Shown here piece by piece: positions 51,634 to 61,870 of a DNA stretch of 64,000 bases. The stretch lies in NCBI GenBank assembly GCA_963777505.1, contig CAVZQN010000004.1:448001-512000 (forward strand), given 5' to 3'. Positions within the stretch are counted from its first letter, which is position 1. Every line of letters starts with the position of its first letter. The position numbers and the translations under genes were made by a program. Under the pieces are notes generated by a model. The model was not told the origin of the DNA, made no database searches, and saw only the letters and a program-made list of their open reading frames with translations. This DNA is from an uncultured bacterium. GTDB lineage: Bacteria; Acidobacteriota; HRBIN11; JAKEFK01.

Positions 51634-53115
51634 ATGAACGTACTCCTCGTCTATCCTGAATATCCTCCAACGTATTGGAGTTTTCGTTTCGCTGTTCCAT
51701 TTCAAGGTAAAAAAGCGTCATATCCACCACTTGGATTAATGACGATTGCACCACTTCTTCCAAAGTCATGGACAAAAAAGCTTGTTGATTTGAATACTGA
51801 CAAACTTGAAGACCGTGATATCAAGTGGGCCGATGTAATCATGGTCAGCGCGATGATTGTTCAGAAGAAATCAACTGTTGAAGTTGTCCGGCGATCTAAA
51901 GCGATGGGGAAAGTTGTTGTTGCTGGTGGTCCACTGTGGGCAAAGGATCCTGACTGTATAGAAGGGGTCGATCATGTCATTGTCGGTGAAGCAGAGTATT
52001 TACTTCCGGAATTCATTCGCGACTTCGAGCAAGGAGTAGCAAAACAGTCATACTCCGCAACGGATATGCCGAATTTAAAAGATACACCTATGCCGGATTT
52101 TGATTTGATCAATATAAAGAACTACAGCTCAATGCTTGTGCAATTCTCCCGCGGATGCCCATTCAATTGCGAATTTTGTGACATCATCGAGATCTTTGGA
52201 CGCAAAGCCAGAGGAAAGGGATTCGATCAGTTCATTAATGAACTTGATTTGCTTTATAGCAAAGGTTGGAAAGGTTCAGTATTTATTGTCGATGACAATT
52301 TTATTGGCAATAAGACAACCATCAGGAACCTTCTTCCTCATCTAATCAGATGGCAAAAAGCACACAGTTATCCCTTTAGTTTCTTTACTGAAGCTTCAGT
52401 AAATCTCGCGCGCGAAGATGACATGCTCGAAATGATGGTTGAAGCAGGATTCCGAAAAGTATTTTTAGGAATTGAAACGCCTGTTGAAGAAAGTTTGAAA
52501 CATACTCAGAAAATGCAAAATACAACAATGGATCTTGTTGAGGCTGTTCGAAAAATTCAACACGCGGGAATGGAAGTCTTAAGTGGATTCATTGTCGGTT
52601 TTGATTCAGACCCTGATGATGTTTTTACGCGCGTCATCGAATTCATTCGAAAGGCAGCAATTCCAGTTTCAATGGTCGGTCTACTTTCTGCGCTGCCAGG
52701 GACTCAATTGACTCGACGGTTGATCAAAGAAGGACGTTTACTGAAAGAAAGCGCCGGAAGTAATACGTACATGGATTTAAATTTCATTCCCGTAATGGAT
52801 GCGAAGAAGTTGATCGATGGTTATAAGAAGATTATCGGGCATATTTATGAGCCAAGGGAATACTACGAACGTGTACTTGAATTCTTGTCGCACTATAAAC
52901 CGCGAATTCGGCAAAGGACAAAATTTCGAGATGTCTTCGCGTTTGGAAACTCTATGCTCAAGCAGGGAATATTAACTTCTGGACAACTTCACTATTGGAA
53001 ATTTCTTGTTAGGGCATACCGTCGCAATTCGGCGGCATTCTCCGAAGCCGTTACGTTGGCCATCATGGGCTACCACTTCAAGAAAGTCAGCCAAATAGAA
53101 TTGGGTTATCAATAG
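51634..53115 (+). CDS. B12-binding radical SAM protein with DUF4070-like C-terminus
   Basis: PPLGL, SRGCPFNCEFCDI, VDDNFIGN and GFIVGFDSD motifs. Confidence 0.93.
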   Translation: MNVLLVYPEYPPTYWSFRFAVPFQGKKASYPPLGLMTIAPLLPKSWTKKLVDLNTDKLEDRDIKWADVIMVSAMIVQKKSTVEVVRRSKAMGKVVVAGGPLWAKDPDCIEGVDHVIVGEAEYLLPEFIRDFEQGVAKQSYSATDMPNLKDTPMPDFDLINIKNYSSMLVQFSRGCPFNCEFCDIIEIFGRKARGKGFDQFINELDLLYSKGWKGSVFIVDDNFIGNKTTIRNLLPHLIRWQKAHSYPFSFFTEASVNLAREDDMLEMMVEAGFRKVFLGIETPVEESLKHTQKMQNTTMDLVEAVRKIQHAGMEVLSGFIVGFDSDPDDVFTRVIEFIRKAAIPVSMVGLLSALPGTQLTRRLIKEGRLLKESAGSNTYMDLNFIPVMDAKKLIDGYKKIIGHIYEPREYYERVLEFLSHYKPRIRQRTKFRDVFAFGNSMLKQGILTSGQLHYWKFLVRAYRRNSAAFSEAVTLAIMGYHFKKVSQIELGYQ

Positions 53116-53148
53116 AACTCATAGCGTAAAACGTTTCATCTTCTCAAT

Positions 53149-53547
53149 ATGCTGCTGCGGGTCATCTTTTTTCTGTTTGGCGTATGTTCCCTCATCAATG
53201 GCCTATGGATGTTGATTGCCCCTGAGTCGTGGTACAACGATTTGCCGGCTGCTGTACCTGATACCGGCCCATATAATGGCCATTTCATTCGCGATCTTGG
53301 CCTCGTTTTCGTCTTGATAGCGGGGGGATTCTTTTGGAGCGCATACCGGCTTTATCAATCCAGGCTGGTTCTCTTGTTGATAACAGCATTTTTTACAGGA
53401 CACGCGATCTTACATGTTTTGGATCTTCTTACATCCAGGCTTCCCCATTCACACTGGAAAATAGATACTCCAGCAGTGTTTCTGCCCGCTATCCTGTTGA
53501 TTTTTCTCAGTTTTGTTGCCAGCCGATATCGAGGAGAGTCACTTTAA
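53149..53547 (+). CDS. Small membrane protein (DUF4345-like)
   Basis: Four TMs; TGPYNGHFIRDLG. Confidence 0.7.
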   Translation: MLLRVIFFLFGVCSLINGLWMLIAPESWYNDLPAAVPDTGPYNGHFIRDLGLVFVLIAGGFFWSAYRLYQSRLVLLLITAFFTGHAILHVLDLLTSRLPHSHWKIDTPAVFLPAILLIFLSFVASRYRGESL

Positions 53548-53638
53548 TCATTTTTTCGAGAATTTCATGCTCTTGTGTTATCTTATGTTGATCCAACTGG
53601 AGGTTGGGACGTTCGATAACCAAATAAAAAGAGGTTGT

Positions 53639-54896
53639 ATGCAAATGGACTGTAGACCAGAGAGGAAGAAAAGCTTTAATTTTTGGGGGTCAATTTTTTT
53701 GAAAAGTACCTTAATTGTTGTTTTGATGCTGAGTTTTACATTTTGCAGCGTGGTTTCAGCACAATCCACGCGCACGGAAGAAATTACACAGGCACAGGCA
53801 GAAAAAGCAAAAGTTTTGAAACCATATGTTCCAAATAAGGCGGAGCGGATCATCATGCGCTTGCAAGAGCTCCCTTTTGTGGGTGGTGCTCCTAAAGGAT
53901 GGTATCCCTTCCTTGGAAGTGCTTTTCCAAGTGGTGGTATTGCAGGTGGACCCGGTTATCGAGCCTTAATCGGAGATACGGGTTATTTCGATATTCACGG
54001 CGCATGGTCTATTTCAAATTACAGAATGGCAGACACGACTTTGCGTCTTCCTGATTTCGGTGGTGGAGTTTTTAAAACCCAATTCAATGGTCATTATGCT
54101 CATGCGGATAAAGTTCGATTTTTCGGAATTGGAAACGATACGTCTGAAGACGATTTAACTCGTTATACGTACAAACCCCTTTCACTTAGGTATTACAGAA
54201 AGGATTGAACCCTCTGATTGGTTTGCTCTTGGTGTTGGCGTTGATTATTTATTGCTTGAAAATGATACGGGTGGCGGAACTGATCCATCGATTGAAGAAG
54301 AGTTCAATTCTATTACAGCTCCTGGTTTGTTTATTGATTTCGAATATATACGACCCCGTGCTTTTGTGGAAATCGACTGGCGCGAGGCTCCCGGTTACAC
54401 AACAAGTGGAGGCTTTTATCGCGCAGATTGGTCGAGATATTCAGAACGTGATATACAAGGGTTTGATTTTGATCGTGTCGATCTTGAAGTCGATCAATTC
54501 TTCCCATTGCTCCGCGCCAACTGGGTGCTCGCGTTGCGCGGGATGGCTTCAACCACAAGCGTAGATGACGGAGACGAGGTTCCATATTTTCTGTTGCCTC
54601 GTTTAGGTGGTGGAAATTATTTACGCGGATTTCCTGACTTCCGATTTATCGATCGGAATCGATTGCTATTAACGGCTGAAATTCGATGGACGCCATCAAA
54701 ATTCCTCGATATGGCTATCTGGTACGAAGCAGGTAAAGTAGCAGCAGATAGATCAGACCTGGATCTTGAGGATCTGCACGATTGTTATGGAATTGGAGCC
54801 CGATTCCATGGTCCATTATCAACGCCTTTACGAATCGAACTTGCCTTTAGCGATGAAGCAACACGACTCATAATCAGCGCAGGCGCGTCATTTTAA
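53639..54896 (+). CDS. Omp85 (BamA/TamA-family) barrel without POTRA domains; apparent +1 frameshift at ~54188
   Basis: Signal peptide; LGGGNYLRGF (VRGF-like loop 6), YGIGARF and C-terminal Phe. Confidence 0.82.
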
Positions 54897-54908
54897 CGGG
54901 GGGCAATC

Positions 54909-56570
54909 ATGAAAAATTATATTAAGAAAAAATTGGTTCTGGTGATGAGTTCCGTTTTCATGTTGGCTTTCAGTTGTGCAATATTTGCTGCACCAAAATT
55001 TTATCCCGATGATCCGATTTTAGTTGAGCCTGATTCTCAGGATGCTTCAGGAGCGGAGTCCTGGGATATTAATCTCATTTATGACATTAGTGAGAATTTG
55101 TTTACTAAACCTGGCGACAAGACTCCAAATGTACGTGCTCAAAACATCAACACGATTGATGAGGTTCCAAATTCGAGCTGGTTTACGAATCGGGAAAATC
55201 TGACCCCGGAAATGGTTGCCAAAGCAGTCGATACATCAACTGGACCTGCTCCTGGAAAATGGATGGTTGTTGGTAGTAAAAGCGATGGTGTTTCTCCAGG
55301 GTTCACAATCAAAGATTCGAATGATGTTCGATGGTTCATCAAGTTTGATCCTCCTGATTACCGAAGCATGGCAACTGGAACCGAAGTGGCTGCAAGCAAA
55401 CTATTTTGGGCACTCGGGTTTAATATTCCGGAATATCACATTTCCAGACTCGTGCCCGCAGATCTGGAGATCGCTGAAGGGACATCGATTCGGCTTCCAA
55501 CTGGCAAAAAGCGGGCTATGAATACAGGAGATATTCACAAGCTTTTGAAGCTGGCTGAAAAGGATCCGGATGGATCGTATCGAATCATTGCTAGTAAAGC
55601 TTTGGATGGCAAAATTCTTGGCGGCTTCAGATTCTATGGCACGCGTCCTGATGATCCAAATGATATCTATCCACATGAACATAGAAGAGAATTACGCGGT
55701 TATAGTGTGTTCGCGGCCTGGTTGAATCACGTTGATTTAAAATCAAATCAATCGATGGACACTTTGATTGAGCAAGATGGCAAATCTGTTGTGAAACATC
55801 ATCTCCTCGATTTTAGTTCGACTCTTGGAAGTGGATCGAATCGCGCGCGTGTACCATGGGAAGGATACGAACGACTTTATGAGGGAGGCGGCAATATTGG
55901 AAAAAATGTAGTCTCCCTGGGTTTTCGAATTGCTCCCTGGCGTACAGTCGATTTGTATGAATCAAGTAGTGTTGGAAAAATGACATTTGACAATACTGAA
56001 TGGGATCCGGAAGCGTGGGTTCCGCGCGTTTCTATGGCATCACTTCTGAGAGCGAGGCCTGATGATAAATTTTGGGCAGCGCGGAAAGTAATGGGTATTT
56101 CTGATGAAATGATTCGTGTCTCAATTGAAGCTGGCCAGTTTGATGATGCAGAGGGTACAGAATTTTTGACAACAGCTTTGATTCAACGTCGTAATCAAAT
56201 TGGTAAAGCTTATTTGCCCGCCGTCAATCCTGTTGTTGATCCTGTGTTATCGGATGACGGTACACTAAAGTTTGCAAATGCAGCTGTCGATGCGGGTTTT
56301 GCGAAAGCTCCCGCAAACTATACAGTTACATGGCACCGTTTCGATAATTCAACAGGGACCGCAACTCGCATTGGTAGTAGTGGCAATTCAGCGACTCAGG
56401 TTAAGGCTCCTGCAAATCTTCCAAATGATGATGGGACATATTTGAAACTTGAAATTAATGCGCAGGATCCGTCTTATCCTACATGGGAACAACCGATCCA
56501 TGTATATTTCCATCGCACAGGTGGTGCATGGAAATTGGTTGGACTCGAGAGGTTGCCGAATCAGCAATAG
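54909..56570 (+). CDS. Exported protein with atypical kinase-like motifs
   Basis: Signal peptide; KSDGVSPGF, WFIKFD, TEV, NHVDLKSNQ and LLDFS motifs. Confidence 0.7.
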   Translation: MKNYIKKKLVLVMSSVFMLAFSCAIFAAPKFYPDDPILVEPDSQDASGAESWDINLIYDISENLFTKPGDKTPNVRAQNINTIDEVPNSSWFTNRENLTPEMVAKAVDTSTGPAPGKWMVVGSKSDGVSPGFTIKDSNDVRWFIKFDPPDYRSMATGTEVAASKLFWALGFNIPEYHISRLVPADLEIAEGTSIRLPTGKKRAMNTGDIHKLLKLAEKDPDGSYRIIASKALDGKILGGFRFYGTRPDDPNDIYPHEHRRELRGYSVFAAWLNHVDLKSNQSMDTLIEQDGKSVVKHHLLDFSSTLGSGSNRARVPWEGYERLYEGGGNIGKNVVSLGFRIAPWRTVDLYESSSVGKMTFDNTEWDPEAWVPRVSMASLLRARPDDKFWAARKVMGISDEMIRVSIEAGQFDDAEGTEFLTTALIQRRNQIGKAYLPAVNPVVDPVLSDDGTLKFANAAVDAGFAKAPANYTVTWHRFDNSTGTATRIGSSGNSATQVKAPANLPNDDGTYLKLEINAQDPSYPTWEQPIHVYFHRTGGAWKLVGLERLPNQQ

Positions 56571-56586
56571 TTCTGCATTCATGACT

Positions 56587-56611
56587 GGGCGGGTCTTAGA
56601 CCCGCCCCTAC
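56587..56611. repeat. REP element GGGCGGGTCTTAGACCCGCCCCTAC
   Basis: Perfect palindrome with a GTAG tetranucleotide foot on the minus strand. Confidence 0.8.
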
Positions 56612-56720
56612 CTTAATCGGGAATATTTAGATGGAATGAAGTCCCGCTTGTTCCATCTTTATTGACCTTTTTTCGCTGTGAGATTTTAATTTGTCGTCAA
56701 GCCCACTCAGGAGGTTAACA

Positions 56721-59111
56721 GTGCAAAAGTCTTCATTTGTACGCATTTTTTCGATTCTGACCGTTGTTCTTTTATCAACATCCGTTTTTGCATCCGATTG
56801 GCCGGCGTTTCGTGGGCCAAATAATGACGGAAGCGCCTCGGATGGAAAATTCATTCCCCCTGCAGGTGCCGCTCTAGCCGTAGCTTGGAAATCGGCAATA
56901 GGCTCCGGGTATTCCAATATTGCCGTAGCCAATGGTCGTGTTATCACCCTCTTTTCTGATAAAGAGAATGATGTTGCTGCCGCATTTGATTCAGCATCCG
57001 GAAAAGAACTCTGGCGCTATACGATCGGTCCAAAGTACAAAGGACATGATGGTTCGCAAGATGGTCCGATAGCGACACCTGTAATTGCAGATTCAATCGT
57101 TTATGGATTTGGCGCGCATGGTCATCTGTTTGCATTGAATCTTGAGACAGGCAAACCAGTATGGGCTGTTCAGGCTGCTGAAAAACATGGAGCCAAAGCG
57201 CCGGTATATGGTTTTTCTGCATCTCCGGTAGTTGCTGGAGGCGTCCTTGTTGTTGAAATAGGCGGAGATTCTGGCAAAGCGATTGCCGGATTCGATTTAA
57301 AAACAGGCGAGCAACTCTGGACTGCTGGCGAAGACAAAATAAATTATCAATCTCCAGTTGTGTTAAAAAGCGGCGGCAAGGAAGTTGTTGCTGCAATCGG
57401 TGATACGAAATTATTTTTACTTGATCCTGCCTCAGGAAAAGTCCTTTTAGAATATCCGCATGGTGGTGATTCAGCTGAAGTTGTCGTTCCGCTGCCAGTT
57501 GAAAATGACCGGGTGCTTCTGCCTGTTGGTCAAGAAAAAGCAGACCTGGTAAAAATTGTTACTGGCGCAGATGGAAAATTTGCAGTTGAAAAAGTTTGGA
57601 GTGCGGGTGTTTTCAAAAATACATACGCAGTCCCTGTTTATTACAAAGGACATCTTTATGGCTATAACGGTCGCATCTTAACGTGTGTGGATGCTGCTGA
57701 TGGCACTGTTAAATGGAGATCTCGTGAACCTGGCGATGGGTGGCTTCTCGTTGCTGATGGAAATCTCGTAGTTCAAACCAAGAAAGGAACGGTGCATGTC
57801 GCGCCTGCAACTCCGGAAGGATGGAAAGAAATTGCGCAGGTAGAACTTTTTAAGGGCATTTCCTGGGCCCATCCTGTCTATGCATCCGGCGGTGTTTTTT
57901 CGCGGAGTTTTGGTGAGCTGGCGCGATTAGAATGGCGCACCGACAAAGCAGCGGCAGCTGTTGAATCGATAACAACAGACGGATCGCGCTTTGCCAAATT
58001 CATTTCCGAACTTGGCGCGGCATCAGACAAGAAAGCAGCAGTTGATCAATACTTTGCTTCAGTTAAACAGTACCCAATTGTTGAATGGCCTGATTACATT
58101 CATTTTGTCTATCGCGGCGATGCGGAAGATATGGGTATTTCAGGGGATATGATTGGATCGCTTCGTGAAGAACCAATGCAACGCGTTGAAGGTACGGATC
58201 TGTTTTATTATTCAGTGCGCTTGGAACCTGATGCTCACATTCTTTACCGCTTTCATCGCAATTATGATGAACAAATTGCGGACCCAAACAATCCTTACAA
58301 AATTTTAGACCGCCGTGGCAGTCCAATGTCGTACATACCCATGCCCGGTTACAAATCGCCAGAATTTTTGAAAGAAGCTCCTGCATCTAAAAAAGGAAAA
58401 GTTGAGGCACGTGAATTTACAAGTACTAAAAGAAAAGGTGCATCAGCCAAATTAAGCATTTACGTTCCTGCGAATTACGCATCCTCCAAAGACAAATATC
58501 CCGTTGTGTATCTATTTGACGGTGCGATGGCACAAAAGCAGGGTCTTCTACCCACTATCCTTGATAACCTTATCGGCAATGAAATACAGCCGCTGATCGC
58601 TGTAATGATCGATGAAATGAAAACAGGAGAAACGCCGATAGAAGATCAATCGGAAGATATTAAGGTTAGATCTGAAATGTTAGCAAAAGAAATTGTGCCA
58701 TGGATTGATTCGAATTTTAGAACAGTTACAGATTCCAAGAGCCGCGCAGTAATGGGACCAGGAGGAGAATCAATCACTGCATTTTATACAGCCTTTCACC
58801 ATCATGACACCTTCGGAGGTGTTGTAGCACAAACTGTATTTACAGCTGAGCGTTCTGAAGTTGGTCTTGGAAACTTTGTGCCGAACGCCAATGAAGTTCC
58901 GATGAGGATTTACCTGGATTGGGGAATTTATGATTCCCGCGCGCCGTTAGAAGGTTGGGATACACGTCGCGATAGCAAGAGATTTCATTCATTGTTTCTA
59001 GAACGGGGCTACAGACCCGCAGGCGGCGAAGTTCATGAAGGTGCGGGTTGGCCGAACTGGCGCAATCGCGCTGACAAATGGCTTGCAGCACTCTTTCCAA
59101 GCGGATCGTAA
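56721..59111 (+). CDS. PQQ-like beta-propeller + Ig-like + Fes/esterase-like alpha/beta-fold fusion (copy 1)
   Basis: DWPAFRGP, repeated G..W propeller motifs, YPVVYLFDG and EIVPWID; AGGAGG RBS before GTG. Confidence 0.85.
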   Translation: MQKSSFVRIFSILTVVLLSTSVFASDWPAFRGPNNDGSASDGKFIPPAGAALAVAWKSAIGSGYSNIAVANGRVITLFSDKENDVAAAFDSASGKELWRYTIGPKYKGHDGSQDGPIATPVIADSIVYGFGAHGHLFALNLETGKPVWAVQAAEKHGAKAPVYGFSASPVVAGGVLVVEIGGDSGKAIAGFDLKTGEQLWTAGEDKINYQSPVVLKSGGKEVVAAIGDTKLFLLDPASGKVLLEYPHGGDSAEVVVPLPVENDRVLLPVGQEKADLVKIVTGADGKFAVEKVWSAGVFKNTYAVPVYYKGHLYGYNGRILTCVDAADGTVKWRSREPGDGWLLVADGNLVVQTKKGTVHVAPATPEGWKEIAQVELFKGISWAHPVYASGGVFSRSFGELARLEWRTDKAAAAVESITTDGSRFAKFISELGAASDKKAAVDQYFASVKQYPIVEWPDYIHFVYRGDAEDMGISGDMIGSLREEPMQRVEGTDLFYYSVRLEPDAHILYRFHRNYDEQIADPNNPYKILDRRGSPMSYIPMPGYKSPEFLKEAPASKKGKVEAREFTSTKRKGASAKLSIYVPANYASSKDKYPVVYLFDGAMAQKQGLLPTILDNLIGNEIQPLIAVMIDEMKTGETPIEDQSEDIKVRSEMLAKEIVPWIDSNFRTVTDSKSRAVMGPGGESITAFYTAFHHHDTFGGVVAQTVFTAERSEVGLGNFVPNANEVPMRIYLDWGIYDSRAPLEGWDTRRDSKRFHSLFLERGYRPAGGEVHEGAGWPNWRNRADKWLAALFPSGS

Positions 59112-59126
59112 ACTCTAATAGTAGAC

Positions 59127-59205
59127 TAGGGGCGGGTGCAGAGGACGAGAGTTTCTCCGAAGCACTGTCGTCGCCACTCGGCAGTTTCCAAGACCCACCC
59201 CTACA
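59127..59205. repeat. REP-like element with an enlarged (~53 nt) interior
   Basis: TAGGGGCGGGT...AGACCCACCCCTACA arms match the 56587 REP. Confidence 0.6.
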
Positions 59206-59227
59206 ATTTATGCAAGGAGACCGGTAG

Positions 59228-61615
59228 ATGCCTCTATTCTTAGCGCTTATCTTGTTGCTTTCTTTCAGTAGCTCTACTTTTGCTTCAGTTGAATGGCCCA
59301 GTCTTCGTGGTCCAGCTTATGACGGGACTACCAAGGGTGGAAATTTCGCGATTTCGGATGGCGCACTCGACGTTGCATGGAAAACTGCAATTGGTCCAGG
59401 ATATTCCGGCGTGACGATCGTAAACGGTAAAGCAATCACGATGTTCTCCGATGGTTCTCATGATTTTGCAGCATCCTTTGATGCAACATCAGGAAAAGAA
59501 ATCTGGCGATACAAGATTGCAGAAACATATAAAGGTCATGATGGATCCCATGATGGACCGATTGCTACTACAGTAGTAGCTGGCGGACGTGTTTTTGGAT
59601 TTGGCGCTTGGGGTCACCTTTTTGCGCTGGATCTAAATACCGGCAAATTAATTTGGTCCAAAAATGCCGTGGAATTGGGTGGACAAAAACCTTTTTATGG
59701 TTTTGGCTCATCACCGGTGGTTGTCGATGGAGTTCTGGTTGTTGAAATCGGTGCGAAAGAAGGGAAAGCGATCGCTGCATTCGACGTAACAAATGGCGAA
59801 CGTAAATGGATGTTGGGCGATGATGTTGTCAGTTATCAAACTCCAATCACCATCACCTTCAATGGAAAGGAACAAGTTGTTGCCGTTGGAGATAAAAAAC
59901 TTTTCGGCATCGATCCATCCGGCAAAATATTGTGGGAGTATGCCCATGAGGGTGACGACAGGCCGATGGCTTCCGGCAGTTTAATACCGGTCCCTGCAGG
60001 CGACGGAAAGCTGTTATTAAAAAATAAATCGGAAACATCCACATTAATAAAGCTTGTGAGCTCAGCCGATGGAAAGATGAATGCTGAAAATGTCTGGACT
60101 GCTGGAGTCTTCAAAAATACTTACAGTGTTCCTGTTTATCATGATGGTTATTTTTTCGGACATAATGGAAGAATCCTGACGTGTGTTGATGCAGCAAACG
60201 GTGAATTGAAGTGGAGATCACGCGCACCAGGCGATGGCTTTCTGATTGTTGTAGATGGGCATCTTGTCGTTCAAACAAAAGCCGGAAGTTTGCATGTCGC
60301 AAAGGCCAGCCCGGAAGGCTGGGTCGAAAAATCAATGCTTGAATTATTTCCAGCTTCTTCATGGACGTCTCCAAGTTTTGCAGATGGTGCTGTGTTTGCC
60401 CGCAGTCAGGGCGAAATTGCACGCATTGAATGGAAATCGCAAGTGAGTGCAACTGCTTCTCCAGCTGTTACCGGCAGCGTTTCTCCTGCTTCAGATTTTG
60501 GGAGTTTCCTAACACGATTAAATTCAGCTCCTGATAAGAAAATCGCTGTTGATGAATTTCTCGCTTCTGTGAAGTCTTATCCTCTGATTGAGTGGCCCGA
60601 TCAAGTCCATTTTTTGTATCGCGGCGATGCCGAAGATATGGGAATTTCAGGCGATATGACCGGTGCACGGCGGGAAGATCAAATGAAGCGTGTTCCTGGG
60701 ACGGATCTTTTTTATTACTCAATTAAACTCGAACCAGATGGACGATTGAATTACTTTTACATCAAGAATTATGAACAGATCATTGCAGATCCGCATAACG
60801 GTCGTCTGACGCAAGATCGCCGTGGGAATCCGAATTCATGGTTTTCAATGCCCGCCTGGGATGAACCTTCTTACTTAAATGATGCACCTGAAGAACGCCG
60901 TGGACGATTACAAACTCACGAATTAAAGAGTACGTTACGTCCGGGTGGGGGCGTTAATTTCGAAGTTTATCTTCCCGCTGGCTATGATACAAACACCAAA
61001 CGGTATCCTGTACTTTATCTCTTTGATGGGCCTGCTGCGAAAACACAAGGAATGATTGTGAATGCATTCGACAATCTGATGGGAACTCTGGCGCAACCTG
61101 TGATCGTTGTTCTAATGGATGAGATAAAAACAGGAGAAAAGCCGTTAGAAGAGGTGAAAGAGGAACTCGATGCAAGTGTTGTGGTTCTTGCAAAGGAGTT
61201 AGTCCCTTTTATTGATTCTACTTATCGAACCATTAAAGACGTAAAATCGCGTGCGGCCATGTCCTCCGGTTTTTGGTCTCCTACCGCTTATTATGCTGCG
61301 TTCAAAAATCAAGGATTATTTGGTGCGGTTGGTTCCCAATCCGCTTTCCTGATGGGCGAAGAATACCAGCTGCTGAAAGATTCAGTCAGTTCACCAGGGG
61401 ATAACCCGTTGCGGATGTATATAGATTGGGGTTCGTATGATATTCGGGCAACTCGCGAAGGCTGGGATATGGTCAAAGAAAACAGAGAATTCATTTCGTT
61501 TTTCAGAGACAAAGGGTTCTACCCAGCAGGTGGCGAATTCCATGATGGAACTGGCTGGACAAGCTGGCGAAATCGCACCGATCGCTGGTTAACGGCATTG
61601 TTTCCAATTCAATAA
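59228..61615 (+). CDS. PQQ-like beta-propeller + Ig-like + esterase-like fusion (copy 2)
   Basis: Tandem paralog of copy 1, same domain order. Confidence 0.85.
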   Translation: MPLFLALILLLSFSSSTFASVEWPSLRGPAYDGTTKGGNFAISDGALDVAWKTAIGPGYSGVTIVNGKAITMFSDGSHDFAASFDATSGKEIWRYKIAETYKGHDGSHDGPIATTVVAGGRVFGFGAWGHLFALDLNTGKLIWSKNAVELGGQKPFYGFGSSPVVVDGVLVVEIGAKEGKAIAAFDVTNGERKWMLGDDVVSYQTPITITFNGKEQVVAVGDKKLFGIDPSGKILWEYAHEGDDRPMASGSLIPVPAGDGKLLLKNKSETSTLIKLVSSADGKMNAENVWTAGVFKNTYSVPVYHDGYFFGHNGRILTCVDAANGELKWRSRAPGDGFLIVVDGHLVVQTKAGSLHVAKASPEGWVEKSMLELFPASSWTSPSFADGAVFARSQGEIARIEWKSQVSATASPAVTGSVSPASDFGSFLTRLNSAPDKKIAVDEFLASVKSYPLIEWPDQVHFLYRGDAEDMGISGDMTGARREDQMKRVPGTDLFYYSIKLEPDGRLNYFYIKNYEQIIADPHNGRLTQDRRGNPNSWFSMPAWDEPSYLNDAPEERRGRLQTHELKSTLRPGGGVNFEVYLPAGYDTNTKRYPVLYLFDGPAAKTQGMIVNAFDNLMGTLAQPVIVVLMDEIKTGEKPLEEVKEELDASVVVLAKELVPFIDSTYRTIKDVKSRAAMSSGFWSPTAYYAAFKNQGLFGAVGSQSAFLMGEEYQLLKDSVSSPGDNPLRMYIDWGSYDIRATREGWDMVKENREFISFFRDKGFYPAGGEFHDGTGWTSWRNRTDRWLTALFPIQ

Positions 61616-61870
61616 ATCGTGTAGAATGGTGTTGCTGCACCCGATAGGGTTAGAGACATAGTTTTATCGGGGAGTAGGTTTGTTACTGCGTTCGTCCAGA
61701 GTGTCCATTACTCATAGCTAATCATCCCAGGAATAGCTACAGGTGTGCGCAGTCCACCTTCCTCTTGGTTTTTTATTAAAAGGTTTTTAATGTTCAACTT
61801 CCAACTCCAGATTTCTCTTCGTCAGGAAGAGAGTCAGGAACTAACTTCACGATTTCGATGGAGGAGTCAG

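Noticed and set aside
61616-61870. Riboswitch upstream of the protease operon
   Set aside because: Short stems exist (CCCGATA/TATCGGG) but I see no recognisable aptamer consensus
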